In this document: in pieces, positions 11,641-21,096 of the stretch
Layout: the number at the start of each line of letters is the position of its first letter
Numbering within the stretch: position 1 is the stretch's first letter
Assembly (NCBI GenBank): GCA_963842915.1
Contig: CAWJII010000013.1
Coordinates: 412,079 to 476,078 of the forward strand
Direction of reading: 5' to 3'
From: an uncultured delta proteobacterium
GTDB taxonomy: Bacteria; Myxococcota_A; Polyangia; Polyangiales; Houyiibacteriaceae
Length of the DNA: 64,000 nt
Notes under the pieces: model-generated
The model's database searches: none
Told to the model about the DNA's origin: nothing
The model's input: the letters and a program-made list of their open reading frames with translations, nothing else
Program-made: the position numbers and the translations under genes

Positions 11641-13140
11641 TCAAAACCAACGCTTAGACAGCGCGAGCACAGCCATCAGCACGAAGATCAGGAGCACGAA
11701 TGCCCAGAGGCCCCGCCCCGAGCAAGGAGCTCGCACAGCGGGCGAGGTCTCATCACCCAGCTCGTCGAGAAGCTGGCGCGCGCGAGCTTGCGCAAGAAGC
11801 TCGCCCCGCAGCAGAACCATGCTGACGATCAAACCGATCAGGAAGATCACCGCGGCGGCCTGCCAGCGTCGAAGCTCCTGTTCGAGCTCGAGGGCCTGGT
11901 CGACTCCGGTCCGGGAGCTCATCCCAGCGCCTATCGAGACGACGTCGAAGCTTGGCACCGCCAACAAGGCGCGGAGGGCGTCCTCGACTGCTGCTTCGGG
12001 AAGCCCGCCATCGAGAATCGTCAGGGCGAGCGGGTCCAGCCCTGCTCGATCCGCATCGGCCACAACCACACCGGCCGCTGCGCGCGCTCGATCGGCGGCG
12101 GTCCCAGTGGCGGTCACCAGATACGAGACGCCGGCGGTGTTGTCGGAAAAGAGATCGGCTCGAATCTGGAGACGCCAAACGCCCGGACCTGGTTCGGGAA
12201 GATATGGGTCATCGGGGCTGAGTGAGAATGCTTGCTGCCATCGGCGCCCCTCGAAGACGTCGACCAGAACCGGACCCGGCTCGCCGAGCTGCTCCCAGTC
12301 CACCCGGACGCGCCCTGCTTCACGGGAGGCGCGGGCCACGATACCCCCTGGCACGAGGGGAAGCCGCACCTCGCGGCTGGCCAGAAGGCTGCCATCTGCG
12401 CTGAGCGCCTCGACGTCGACCCGGCCCTCGCTGCCGGTCACGACGATTGGAAACCGCGCGAATCCAGCAGAGGCGACCACATCGCCCGGCTGCACACGGA
12501 CGGAGGCAAGCGATCGCAGCCGGACGCGGACCTCTTCATCGCCGACCCAGACCGAAAGCCAGCAGCGGAGGTCGGGGACGCAGGCGCCCTCCTCGACGCG
12601 AGCGTCGAGCAGCGGCGCCGCCCGCTTCGAATCCGACGCGCGGACGGGTCCGAGCTCATAGGCTTGAAAGGCGTTGACCGAACGCCCGGTAGGCAGGCGC
12701 GATTCGATCGATTCGCGTACGTATAGCGTTCGTTCCACGGTGATCTCGCGGCCGCCGATCTCGGCGCGCGCCACCAAGGACAGCGCTTCGTCGAGCCCCG
12801 CCGGAATGGGAAGCTGCCCCTCTCTTCCTTGGACCTGCGACTCGACCAGCTCGGTGCTCACGAGGACCATCCCGGTCGCGTTGCGAAGCTCGACGACGAC
12901 CGGCGGGGCCGCAACCACCGTGTGCCCCTCGCCATCCTCGTCGAGCTGCCAAGCGCGAAGCCCTATGGTGGAGCCGGGTCGCGCGACGACGGGTGCGCTC
13001 AAACGAAAGTCGGGAACCGGCGAAGGCGCGCCCGCGATCCAGAGCAGCGCGAGGATGATCGCTACGAGAACGGGCGACAGCCGAATCGCCCAAGCAATTC
13101 GATCGATTTGTCGGTCTTGTTTCGTCATGGGGATGGACAA
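11641..13140 (-). CDS. Hypothetical membrane-anchored protein
   Basis: 499-aa ORF with GC-rich codon bias. It has an N-terminal TM (LSPVLVAIILALLWIAG) and two C-terminal TM segments. It sits immediately upstream of secA on the same strand. No family was recognised. Confidence 0.55.
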   Translation of the reverse strand: MSIPMTKQDRQIDRIAWAIRLSPVLVAIILALLWIAGAPSPVPDFRLSAPVVARPGSTIGLRAWQLDEDGEGHTVVAAPPVVVELRNATGMVLVSTELVESQVQGREGQLPIPAGLDEALSLVARAEIGGREITVERTLYVRESIESRLPTGRSVNAFQAYELGPVRASDSKRAAPLLDARVEEGACVPDLRCWLSVWVGDEEVRVRLRSLASVRVQPGDVVASAGFARFPIVVTGSEGRVDVEALSADGSLLASREVRLPLVPGGIVARASREAGRVRVDWEQLGEPGPVLVDVFEGRRWQQAFSLSPDDPYLPEPGPGVWRLQIRADLFSDNTAGVSYLVTATGTAADRARAAAGVVVADADRAGLDPLALTILDGGLPEAAVEDALRALLAVPSFDVVSIGAGMSSRTGVDQALELEQELRRWQAAAVIFLIGLIVSMVLLRGELLAQARARQLLDELGDETSPAVRAPCSGRGLWAFVLLIFVLMAVLALSKRWF

Positions 13141-13183
13141 GGTCGGGATGGTACCTTAGGAAGGTGGGAGGTATACCGCGCGA

Positions 13184-13651
13184 ATGGGAGCCACCGCCGA
13201 ACACGATGTCGAGCAACTCCGTGCTCGCCTGAACGAGTACATGAACAAGCACGGCCTGCGTTCAACGGAACAGCGGCGCCTTGTGACCGAAATGTTCTTC
13301 GCCAGCTCGGACCACCTTTCCATCGAGGACTTGCTCGAGCAGGTGCGCCTCGAAGAGCCAAAAATCGGGTACGCTACCGTATATCGTACGCTGAAGCTCC
13401 TCAAGGACTGTGGGCTGGCCTTCGAGCGACACTTCGGCGACGGGGTGTCCCGCTACGAGGTCGCCTGGGCGGACGAGCATCACGATCATATGATTTGCGT
13501 CGAGTGCGATAAGATCAGCGAGTTCGAAGACGAGGCCATCGAGCACCTGCAGCACGAAGTGGCCGCGAGACTTGGCTTCAAGCTCGTTCGACACAAGCTC
13601 GAGCTCTACGGCGTCTGCGCTGGCTGCCAGACAAATAGCTCGGGGCGATAG
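13184..13651 (+). CDS. fur: Fur family transcriptional regulator
   Basis: Winged-helix region ...GYATVYRTLKLL... and metal sites HHDHMICVECDK...CAGC. Confidence 0.9.
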   Translation: MGATAEHDVEQLRARLNEYMNKHGLRSTEQRRLVTEMFFASSDHLSIEDLLEQVRLEEPKIGYATVYRTLKLLKDCGLAFERHFGDGVSRYEVAWADEHHDHMICVECDKISEFEDEAIEHLQHEVAARLGFKLVRHKLELYGVCAGCQTNSSGR

Positions 13652-13678
13652 ACCTGGCAGCGGATCTCGAGGACTGGC

Positions 13679-15532
13679 TCAGATGGTCGCGAACGCCTCG
13701 TCGGGAATCTCGACCGGAAGCGTGTCGATGGCGCTGAGTCGCTGCACGCGACTCGGCAAGGTGGTGAGCACGTTATTGGCGAAGTACTGCGCCACAAACT
13801 TCTTGCCCGTGTAGAAGGCGTGATCGGGATGCGACTGCGAGGTTTCCGGCAGCTTCTTCAATGCGATGGAGGCCTGCTCGAGTAGCAACCAGCCGACCGC
13901 CAGCTCGCTCATGATCGTGAGGAATTCCTCGGCAGCGAGCGGGATGTGTTCGAGCTTGCCGCCCTTGAACCAACCGATGAACTGCATCACCGAGGCGGCA
14001 ACCGCTTCATGCGCGTTCTGCAGATGGCCGAGGCCCTCCTTGAGCTCCGGCTGGTCTTTGTTTTCCATGATGAATTTCTGTATATCCATCAGGAACGCCT
14101 GCGTATTGGCGCCGCCGGCCTGGCCGAGCTTTCGGCTGACCAGGTCCATCGACTGGATGAAGTTGGTGCCTTCGTAGATCTGGAAGATCTTCGCATCACG
14201 GCAGTACTGCTCGACCGGATGGTCCTTCAGATAGCCGTGGCCACCGTAGACCTGAATCGCCCGACCGGAGACCTCGAAGGCCGCGTCGGTGCCATAGGCC
14301 TTCACGAGCGGTGTCAGCAGATCGACCTGACCCTTGTGGTAGGCCTCGGACTCGTCATCCTTGCCCTGGGTCGCTCGCAGACGGTCGCCATGATTCGAGA
14401 GCTTCATGATGAGGGCGCGCACCCCTTCGACCCGAGCCTTCATGGCCAGAAGATCGCGGCGGATGTTCGGGTGGTCGAGGATGGGCACGCGCGGCGCGTT
14501 GGCGTCCTTGAACTGCTTGATGCTGGCGCCCTGCTTGCGCTCCCGCGCGTACTCGAGCGCGCTCAAGTAGGCAGCGGAGGCCACGGACAATCCCTGGATG
14601 CCGACACCGATGCGCGCTGAGTTCATCATGTGGAACATCTGGCGAATGCCCTGGTGCTCGACGCCACCGACGACCTCACCGATGCAGCTGTCCTCATCGC
14701 CGAACTGCATAACGCAAGTCGCCGAGGCGTTGATGCCCATCTTGTGCTCAATCGAGGGAACCTCGACGTCGTTGTGCTCGCCGAGCGAACCATCTTCATC
14801 GATGCGCACGCGGGGCACGAGGAAGAGCGACAGGCCCTTTGTTCCCGGCTCGGCGCCTTCGATGCGAGCAAGTACCAAGTGGATGACGTTGTCGCCGAGA
14901 TCGTTGTCACCGGCGCTGATGAAGATCTTGGTGCCGCGGATGTTGTAGGTGCCGTCGTCGTTGCGTGTGGCGATGCTGGACGCAGAACCCACGTCGGAGC
15001 CGGCGTGCGGCTCGGTGAGACACATGGTGCCCGTCCACTCGCCGCTGAACATCTTGGGCACGTACTTCTTCTTTTGCTCTTCGGTGCCGAACTCCAAGAT
15101 GAGCTCGGCGGCCGAGAAGGTGAGGCCGGCGTACATCGTGAATGCGGTGTTTGCCCCGCAGAACATCTCCTCGACGAAGGAGCTGAGCATGGACGGCGCG
15201 TCCTGGCCGCCCCAGCGAGACGGCGCGCCGATGGTTCGCCAGCCTGCTTCCCAGAGCTTGTCCCATGCACCTTTGAAACCGTCGGGTGTCTTGACGCGGC
15301 CGTCCTCGATTCGGCAACCCTGTGCATCGCCAGTGCCGTTGAGCGGACCCGTCACATCACAGACGAAGCGGTACACTTCATCGAAGACCATGTCGCACTC
15401 ATCGGCGCCCCATTCGCTGAAGGGTTCTTTTCCGAGGACCGATTGCAGCTCGAACTGCTCGAAAAACAGGAAACGAAAGTCTCGTAAATCTGCACGATAG
15501 CGATTGATTGCCTGCGCCACGTCTGCCTCCAA
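13679..15532 (-). CDS. Acyl-CoA dehydrogenase (long form with C-terminal extension)
   Basis: 617 aa with ACAD core motifs (CLTEPHAGSD, QVYGGHGY, IYEGTN) plus an extra C-terminal domain. Confidence 0.9.
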   Translation of the reverse strand: MEADVAQAINRYRADLRDFRFLFFEQFELQSVLGKEPFSEWGADECDMVFDEVYRFVCDVTGPLNGTGDAQGCRIEDGRVKTPDGFKGAWDKLWEAGWRTIGAPSRWGGQDAPSMLSSFVEEMFCGANTAFTMYAGLTFSAAELILEFGTEEQKKKYVPKMFSGEWTGTMCLTEPHAGSDVGSASSIATRNDDGTYNIRGTKIFISAGDNDLGDNVIHLVLARIEGAEPGTKGLSLFLVPRVRIDEDGSLGEHNDVEVPSIEHKMGINASATCVMQFGDEDSCIGEVVGGVEHQGIRQMFHMMNSARIGVGIQGLSVASAAYLSALEYARERKQGASIKQFKDANAPRVPILDHPNIRRDLLAMKARVEGVRALIMKLSNHGDRLRATQGKDDESEAYHKGQVDLLTPLVKAYGTDAAFEVSGRAIQVYGGHGYLKDHPVEQYCRDAKIFQIYEGTNFIQSMDLVSRKLGQAGGANTQAFLMDIQKFIMENKDQPELKEGLGHLQNAHEAVAASVMQFIGWFKGGKLEHIPLAAEEFLTIMSELAVGWLLLEQASIALKKLPETSQSHPDHAFYTGKKFVAQYFANNVLTTLPSRVQRLSAIDTLPVEIPDEAFATI

Positions 15533-15647
15533 TTTTATGGGCCGGTCACCCTCGGGCTTGGGCGCGTGATTACGCGGGGAGGCCCTGATGGATGCCAGTT
15601 GTAAGAAAGGTGAGGTCAGCTCGCATTTCCGTCAAGCGCTGATAGCC

Positions 15648-16607
15648 CTATTCGCGGGTAAGATCGCTCACAAACCCGCCGATCCGGCTGATCGCCCGCC
15701 GACCCTCTTCGAGCATCGGGGCGAAGACGTGCCAGGCGTGGATCATGTCCGGCCAGACTTCGAGCTCGACGTCGACGCCTGCCACCCGGGCCGCCTCAGC
15801 GACGCGAAGGTTGTCGTCGAGCAGGGTTTCTGCGGCTCCGACCTGAATCAGTAGGGTTGGGAGCCCCGTCATATCGGCGTGCACTGGCGACACTAAAGGG
15901 TCGGTATGCAAGTCCTGCGGAGCGAAGCGCTTAGCCATCGAACGGATGCCGACCCGGGTGACGAAATCATAGTGCCGGTTGAATTGCATGGAGGTGCTGC
16001 GCGTATCCAGGTCGAACCAGCCCGAAATCAGCACTCCGCCGGCGGGCAAGGGAAGCCCCGCGTCACGCAGCGAGACCAAGGTCGAAAGGGTCAGGCCTGC
16101 CCCGGCCGACTCACCAGCTATGACGATGTGGTCCGGGTGAATCCCCTGTTCCTCGATCAGCCAGAGGTACACACGGTGAGAGTCCTCGAGCTGCGCTGGA
16201 AAGGGATGTTCGGGCGCGAGCCTGTAGTCAGCCGCCAAGACGCGCATCCCAGAGGCGATGCAGAGCCGCGCGAGGAAGTCGCGGTGCGAGTTGATCGAGC
16301 CGGTCGAATAGCCGCCGCCGTGGAAGTAGAGAACGACTCGATTCGTGTCGCTGTTCGGCTGTGAAAACCACTCCGCGGAGACTCCACCCGCATCGATCGG
16401 CTGCATCTGTACTTCGCGCATCGGCTTGGTGACCGGGCGCGGCGGATCGATGACGCGGCGCTGGATTTGGAGTGGCAAGACCGTGGAGAGATTGGCCGAT
16501 CGACGAAGCACTTCGGCTACCGTTTCAAGCTCGAGCGTCCAGCTCGGCCGGCGTGGCCCGAAGACGGCGCGACGCGCGCGAATCACGGGTTTCAAACCGC
16601 CCATCAT
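15648..16607 (-). CDS. Alpha/beta hydrolase, hormone-sensitive-lipase-type esterase
   Basis: HGGGY oxyanion motif and GESAGAG nucleophile elbow. The start is trimmed from 16754 to the MM at 16607 to avoid overlapping the divergent argS start; the start is uncertain. Confidence 0.8.
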   Translation of the reverse strand: MMGGLKPVIRARRAVFGPRRPSWTLELETVAEVLRRSANLSTVLPLQIQRRVIDPPRPVTKPMREVQMQPIDAGGVSAEWFSQPNSDTNRVVLYFHGGGYSTGSINSHRDFLARLCIASGMRVLAADYRLAPEHPFPAQLEDSHRVYLWLIEEQGIHPDHIVIAGESAGAGLTLSTLVSLRDAGLPLPAGGVLISGWFDLDTRSTSMQFNRHYDFVTRVGIRSMAKRFAPQDLHTDPLVSPVHADMTGLPTLLIQVGAAETLLDDNLRVAEAARVAGVDVELEVWPDMIHAWHVFAPMLEEGRRAISRIGGFVSDLTRE

Positions 16608-16710
16608 GAAGCGAATCACGTTCACGGCGCCGCAGCGTAGCACGGACTTGCATACTGGCGCCCCGGGGCCCGGTTGGCGTTGGTGCTGTGTACCTCGTAA
16701 GCCTGGACTC

Positions 16711-18471
16711 ATGCTTCTGGTGCGCTTTTTGGAATCGCTCGGCTCCCAAGCCATCGAGAAAGCCCTCGGCCTCGATGGGCCGCGGCCTGCGCTCGTTCGG
16801 CCGACGCAGGACGCGAAATTCGGCGACTTTCAGATCAATGGCGCGATGCCGATTGCCAAAGAGCTGAAAAGGCCGCCGCGTGAGTTGGCGCAAGCGATCG
16901 CCGAGGCCTTGGCGGGCATCGATGCGATCGCTAAAGCGGAAGTCGCCGGACCCGGCTTCGTCAACATCCACCTCGCGCCTTCTTGGATCGCCTCCAAGCT
17001 CACCGAAGCACTTCGTGATGTGGAGCGTGACGGAGTACCGGCGGTCGACCAGGTCTCCAAGATCATCGTCGACTTCTCGAGCCCGAACATCGCCAAGCAG
17101 ATGCACGTGGGGCATTTGCGTTCGACGATCATTGGAGATGCGATCGCGCGGATTTTGGTGTTCATGGGTCACGAGGTCGTTCGCGACAATCACCTCGGTG
17201 ATTGGGGGACTCAGTTTGGGCTCTTGATCGTCGGGATGCGCGAGTGGGGCGAGGAAGGCGCGCTGCAATCGGACCCGATCAAGGAGCTCGAGCGTGTGTA
17301 TAAGCTCGCCTCCGAACGCGCGGGCGAGGACGACGACTTCGCCGCGCGAGCACGAGCGGAGCTGGCAAAGCTCCAGAACGGCGACGAAGAGAACCGCGAG
17401 CTATGGAAGCACTTCGTCGAGGTGAGCCGCGGGTCGCTCGATGCGGTGTATGCCGAGCTCGGCGTTTCTTTCGACCTCTGGCTCGGAGAGAGCGCGTACC
17501 ATGACGCCCTTCCCGGCGTAGTCGAGAGCCTTCTGCGGCGAGGCATTGCGCGAGAGGACGACGGTGCGGTGTGCGTCTTCTGGGGCGAGCTCGACGGCGC
17601 GCCGAAATCGCTAAGGAAACAGAAGACCCCGTTCATCGTCCGAAAGAAGGACGGCGCCTTTCTCTACTCGACCACCGACATCGCAACCGTTCAGCATCGC
17701 GAGAACCAACTGCGGGCAGACCGCGCGCTATACGTCGTCGACAACCGGCAGGGACTGCACTTCCAGCAACTCTTTGCCGTGATGAAATTGCTCGGCTCGG
17801 ACATGGAGCTCGAGCACATCGGCTTCGGTACGGTGCTGGGGAACGACGGCAAGCCGCTACGAACGAGGGACGCGGGCGGTCAGGTCATCACGCTCGCGTC
17901 ACTCCTCGACGAGTCGAAGGAACGCGCGCGCGAACGAATCGCCGAGGGGATCGCCGAGGGACGACTTCGGGTTCAGGCCGAAGAAGTCGACGCAGTATCA
18001 CGGGTCGTCGGCATCGGCGCGGTGAAATACGCGGACCTCCGGCAGAACCGACTCAGCGACTATCAGTTCGACTGGGACAAGATGATTTCGTTCCAGGGCA
18101 ACGCCGGCCCGTACCTGCAGTACGCCTATGCGCGCTGTTCGTCGATATTCGCCAAGGGCGGGCTCGACATGAACGCGATTTCGAACAGCGCGACGATCAC
18201 GCTCGATGCACCTTCCGAGCACGCCCTTGGCATGCACCTGCTGCGTTTCGCGGACGTCGTCTACCAGGCGGGCGCGACCAGCCAGCCCCACGTGATTTGC
18301 GAACACATCTACGAGCTGGCGCGCGCGTTCAACGGCTTCTACGCCGAGTGCCCAGTTCTCGACGCCGAGGGCCCCACGCGGGAAAGCCGGCTCGGACTGA
18401 CCGCATTGACCGCGAGGCAGATCCGCCGCGGACTCGGACTCGTTGGCATCGGCGTAGTCGATCGCATGTAG
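16711..18471 (+). CDS. argS: Arginine--tRNA ligase
   Basis: Track ORF 16345..18471 trimmed to ATG 16711 (MLLVRFLESL...). It has the class-I HIGH-type SSPNIAKQMHVGHLRS and typical ArgS anticodon-binding C-terminus ending ...VDRM. Confidence 0.95.
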   Translation: MLLVRFLESLGSQAIEKALGLDGPRPALVRPTQDAKFGDFQINGAMPIAKELKRPPRELAQAIAEALAGIDAIAKAEVAGPGFVNIHLAPSWIASKLTEALRDVERDGVPAVDQVSKIIVDFSSPNIAKQMHVGHLRSTIIGDAIARILVFMGHEVVRDNHLGDWGTQFGLLIVGMREWGEEGALQSDPIKELERVYKLASERAGEDDDFAARARAELAKLQNGDEENRELWKHFVEVSRGSLDAVYAELGVSFDLWLGESAYHDALPGVVESLLRRGIAREDDGAVCVFWGELDGAPKSLRKQKTPFIVRKKDGAFLYSTTDIATVQHRENQLRADRALYVVDNRQGLHFQQLFAVMKLLGSDMELEHIGFGTVLGNDGKPLRTRDAGGQVITLASLLDESKERARERIAEGIAEGRLRVQAEEVDAVSRVVGIGAVKYADLRQNRLSDYQFDWDKMISFQGNAGPYLQYAYARCSSIFAKGGLDMNAISNSATITLDAPSEHALGMHLLRFADVVYQAGATSQPHVICEHIYELARAFNGFYAECPVLDAEGPTRESRLGLTALTARQIRRGLGLVGIGVVDRM

Positions 18472-18512
18472 CGAAATCACTGTATTTCCCGCCGCACGAG
18501 CTCGGATGTGCT

Positions 18513-19526
18513 ATGCGATGCTCGCCAATGAAGGGCCGCGTCGTCCGAACATCCCATGCGAGCCTGTGTCTGAGTGGCAATCCGCTCGGCGATCCGCACG
18601 AGCGCGAGCTTTACGTCTATCTGCCGCCGCAGTATGACGGGACGCGCCGGTTTCCGGTGGTGATGATGCTGGCCGGCTTTGGCTCGACGAATCATTCGAT
18701 TGCGGCCTGGAGCCCGTGGAAACCGAACAGCATCGAGCTTTTCGACCGGCTGATCGCCGAAGGAATCTGCAAACCTGCGATCCTGGTCCTTCCGGACTGC
18801 TTCAACCGATGGGGCGGCTCGCAGTTCATCGATTCCGACGGCACGGGGCGCTACCAGACATATCTGGCCGAAGAGATCTTTCCATTCGTCGATGCGGAGT
18901 TCCAAACGATTCCCGATCGCGAGGCTCGCGCCGTCGTCGGTCGCTCCTCTGGTGGTTTCGGCGCACTCCGGCTCGCGATGGACCGTCCCGAGCTCGTGTC
19001 GGTCATTGGCAGTCATGCCGGCGATGCGGCCTTTGACGTCAGCATGCGGCCCATGCTCACGAGCGCGGCGATCGCCATCGATCTGGCCGGCGGACTTCAA
19101 TCCTTTGCCGAAGAGATCCCAAGGGCTGGTCCCAACAACGCGTCCCAGTTCGACGCGATCTTCGTCCTTGCGGCGGCCGCCGCGTATTCCCCCGACCCGA
19201 CCGAGTTCCCGTTTGCGCAGCTCCCGATGAATCCGGCGACTGGCGAGATTCGCAACGAGACCTGGGCGAAGTGGCTCGCGCAGGATCCGATCGGGCGGAT
19301 TGACGCCTCAGAAGCCGCTTTGCGAGCAATGTCGCTTATTTACATCGATGCAGGCAACAGGGATGAGCACGGGCTACACTTCGCAGCGCGGACGCTCAAC
19401 GAGGCGCTCAGCCGGCGTGGGTTGCCTGTTCGCTACGAGGAGTACGACGGTGGACACCGAGGCACCTCGTGGCGATACGAAATATCGCTACCGCAAATCG
19501 TTGAAGCACTTCGAGGACCCGAATGA
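18513..19526 (+). CDS. Putative esterase (esterase D / enterochelin-esterase-like family)
   Basis: Track ORF 17571..19526 trimmed to ATG 18513; ATG 18528 is an alternative. Family-like N-terminus ...GNPLGDPHERELYVYLPPQYD and nucleophile GRSSGG. Confidence 0.75.
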   Translation: MRCSPMKGRVVRTSHASLCLSGNPLGDPHERELYVYLPPQYDGTRRFPVVMMLAGFGSTNHSIAAWSPWKPNSIELFDRLIAEGICKPAILVLPDCFNRWGGSQFIDSDGTGRYQTYLAEEIFPFVDAEFQTIPDREARAVVGRSSGGFGALRLAMDRPELVSVIGSHAGDAAFDVSMRPMLTSAAIAIDLAGGLQSFAEEIPRAGPNNASQFDAIFVLAAAAAYSPDPTEFPFAQLPMNPATGEIRNETWAKWLAQDPIGRIDASEAALRAMSLIYIDAGNRDEHGLHFAARTLNEALSRRGLPVRYEEYDGGHRGTSWRYEISLPQIVEALRGPE

Positions 19527-20191
19527 CGACCAAAAAGCAGAGCATGGAAGAAGACAGTGGAGCGACCGAGGCACCGGTCGAGAAGAAAGCTGCCGGTGGT
19601 GGTGCGACGGCGGCGGCGCAGAAGATCCTCAGCGACGAAAGTCCGCAATCCAAAATCGCCGAACACGGCGAGACCATGATGGAAGGTCCGCGCACGGCTG
19701 CCACGCAATCGGCGCGCGTGCTCAGTGAGATCATCAGCGAGAAGCCGGAGCTCGTCGTTCCGCTGGTCGCCAAGTTCGCGAAGGGTGTTTCCTCGGCCAA
19801 CAAGCGCGTCGTGCAGACCTCCGCAGAAGCGCTGCCGGCGATCGCGCGAATCGCCCCAGCCCGCGTCGCTCGCCAGCTCGACGTCCTCAAGAGCTCCTTC
19901 GAAGCAGCCAACGACGTAGGCAAGGATGGCCTGGTCAAGACCTTTGCGGCGCTCTGTACGGCGTCAGTCGCTTATCAGAAGCGCCTCGAACCCGTGCTGA
20001 CGCTCGCCCTCAACGGTGCCGACGGCAAGACGCTCTTCACCTGGAGCCAGATCGTGCTTCCGGCGCTCAAGGGCGAGCCCCACGCTCGAGCCCGCGCCGT
20101 GGTCGAGGGCCGGCTCGATTTGATCCCGCGCTCGTACGCGCAGCAGATCGCCGACTTCCTCGGTATCAAGCTGCGCCTGCGCTACCGCTGA
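19523..20191 (+). CDS. Hypothetical protein, helical-repeat (HEAT-like) appearance
   Basis: 222-aa ORF whose ATG overlaps the upstream stop (ATGA at 19523-19526). Composition is helical-repeat-like. No family was recognised. Confidence 0.5.
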   Translation: MTTKKQSMEEDSGATEAPVEKKAAGGGATAAAQKILSDESPQSKIAEHGETMMEGPRTAATQSARVLSEIISEKPELVVPLVAKFAKGVSSANKRVVQTSAEALPAIARIAPARVARQLDVLKSSFEAANDVGKDGLVKTFAALCTASVAYQKRLEPVLTLALNGADGKTLFTWSQIVLPALKGEPHARARAVVEGRLDLIPRSYAQQIADFLGIKLRLRYR

Positions 20192-21096
20192 TTGATCAGA
20201 ACGAAGTCGTAGTCCTCGTTCCGGTGGTCGAAGTCGCGGGCCTCTAAACCGGGGTTGAGGACTAGCTCGGGGTACTCGTAGGACTCGTAGAGCTGGCCTC
20301 TGTGGTCCCAGGACTTCGCCTTGATCAGCAAGAAGGTCCGCTTGCCGATGAAGTACTCCCCGCGGCTAGCGTAGTAATGCGGAACGAAGACCTTCTGCCC
20401 GGCCCGGATGTCCGTCGGTGATTCGATGTCTTCGTTGTGGTGCAATATGACGTACATGTTCTGGCCGACGCGGTCGGCAAGCTCCCAGAGGTCCTCGAAG
20501 CGCTCGGCGGTCACATAGCGGCCTCCGGAGCGAGACTCCATGTCGATGCGCCAACTGGGCTCGCCGTGAACGATACCGCCGTCAGAGATCCGGACCGTCG
20601 CGTCCCTGCGGTCGATCGCTTTTCTGATGTTCGCCGCCGCCAGTTCGAGCATCCGCTCCAGGCCGAAAGACGTGATGGGATGATGGTTGCCCGCCATCGC
20701 CACGCGTCCACGGGGGTCTAGGCTCACTGCAAGATCGGGAACCGACCCTTTGTGCGCTCGAAGCCTGTCCTTGTTGTCGCCGCGAACGTAGAGGCCCTCT
20801 CGTCCTTCGTGCGGCTCACCGTACTTGACGTACACCTTGAACGGCCGCGAGAACTTGAACTCGATCGTCTGCTCGACGAGCTCGTCGCCGATGCGCTCCT
20901 GCTTCACCAGTGTGCCTCGGTAGTCGTACACCCCGGCCATGGCGTTGAACGACTGCTGGAGCAGGGACTCGATTCGAGCGGCTCCGGGGACGGGAGCTTC
21001 GACCAGGGCCTGCGCGCCGGCCGTCGCAACCGCCAAGGAGAGGGCCGCTGCAATGACGAGGGCGGATGCCCCTCGACGCGCGGAGCGTCCGCTCAT
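20182..21096 (-). CDS. Secreted DUF1571-like protein with a LysM-like insert
   Basis: Signal peptide present. The core ...LVKQERIGDELVEQTIEFKFSRPFKVYVKY..GREGLYVRGDN... resembles DUF1571. The segment YVTAERFEDLWELADRVGQNMYVILHHNEDI...IRAGQKVFVP resembles LysM. The ATG overlaps the gpmI stop (ATGA). Confidence 0.55.
   Translation of the reverse strand: MSGRSARRGASALVIAAALSLAVATAGAQALVEAPVPGAARIESLLQQSFNAMAGVYDYRGTLVKQERIGDELVEQTIEFKFSRPFKVYVKYGEPHEGREGLYVRGDNKDRLRAHKGSVPDLAVSLDPRGRVAMAGNHHPITSFGLERMLELAAANIRKAIDRRDATVRISDGGIVHGEPSWRIDMESRSGGRYVTAERFEDLWELADRVGQNMYVILHHNEDIESPTDIRAGQKVFVPHYYASRGEYFIGKRTFLLIKAKSWDHRGQLYESYEYPELVLNPGLEARDFDHRNEDYDFVLINQR

Noticed and set aside
13141-13183. Looked for a Fur box (GATAATGATAATCATTATC-like) in the 43-nt region upstream of fur and in neighbouring promoters.
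   Set aside because: No AT-rich 19-mer resembling the consensus is present.
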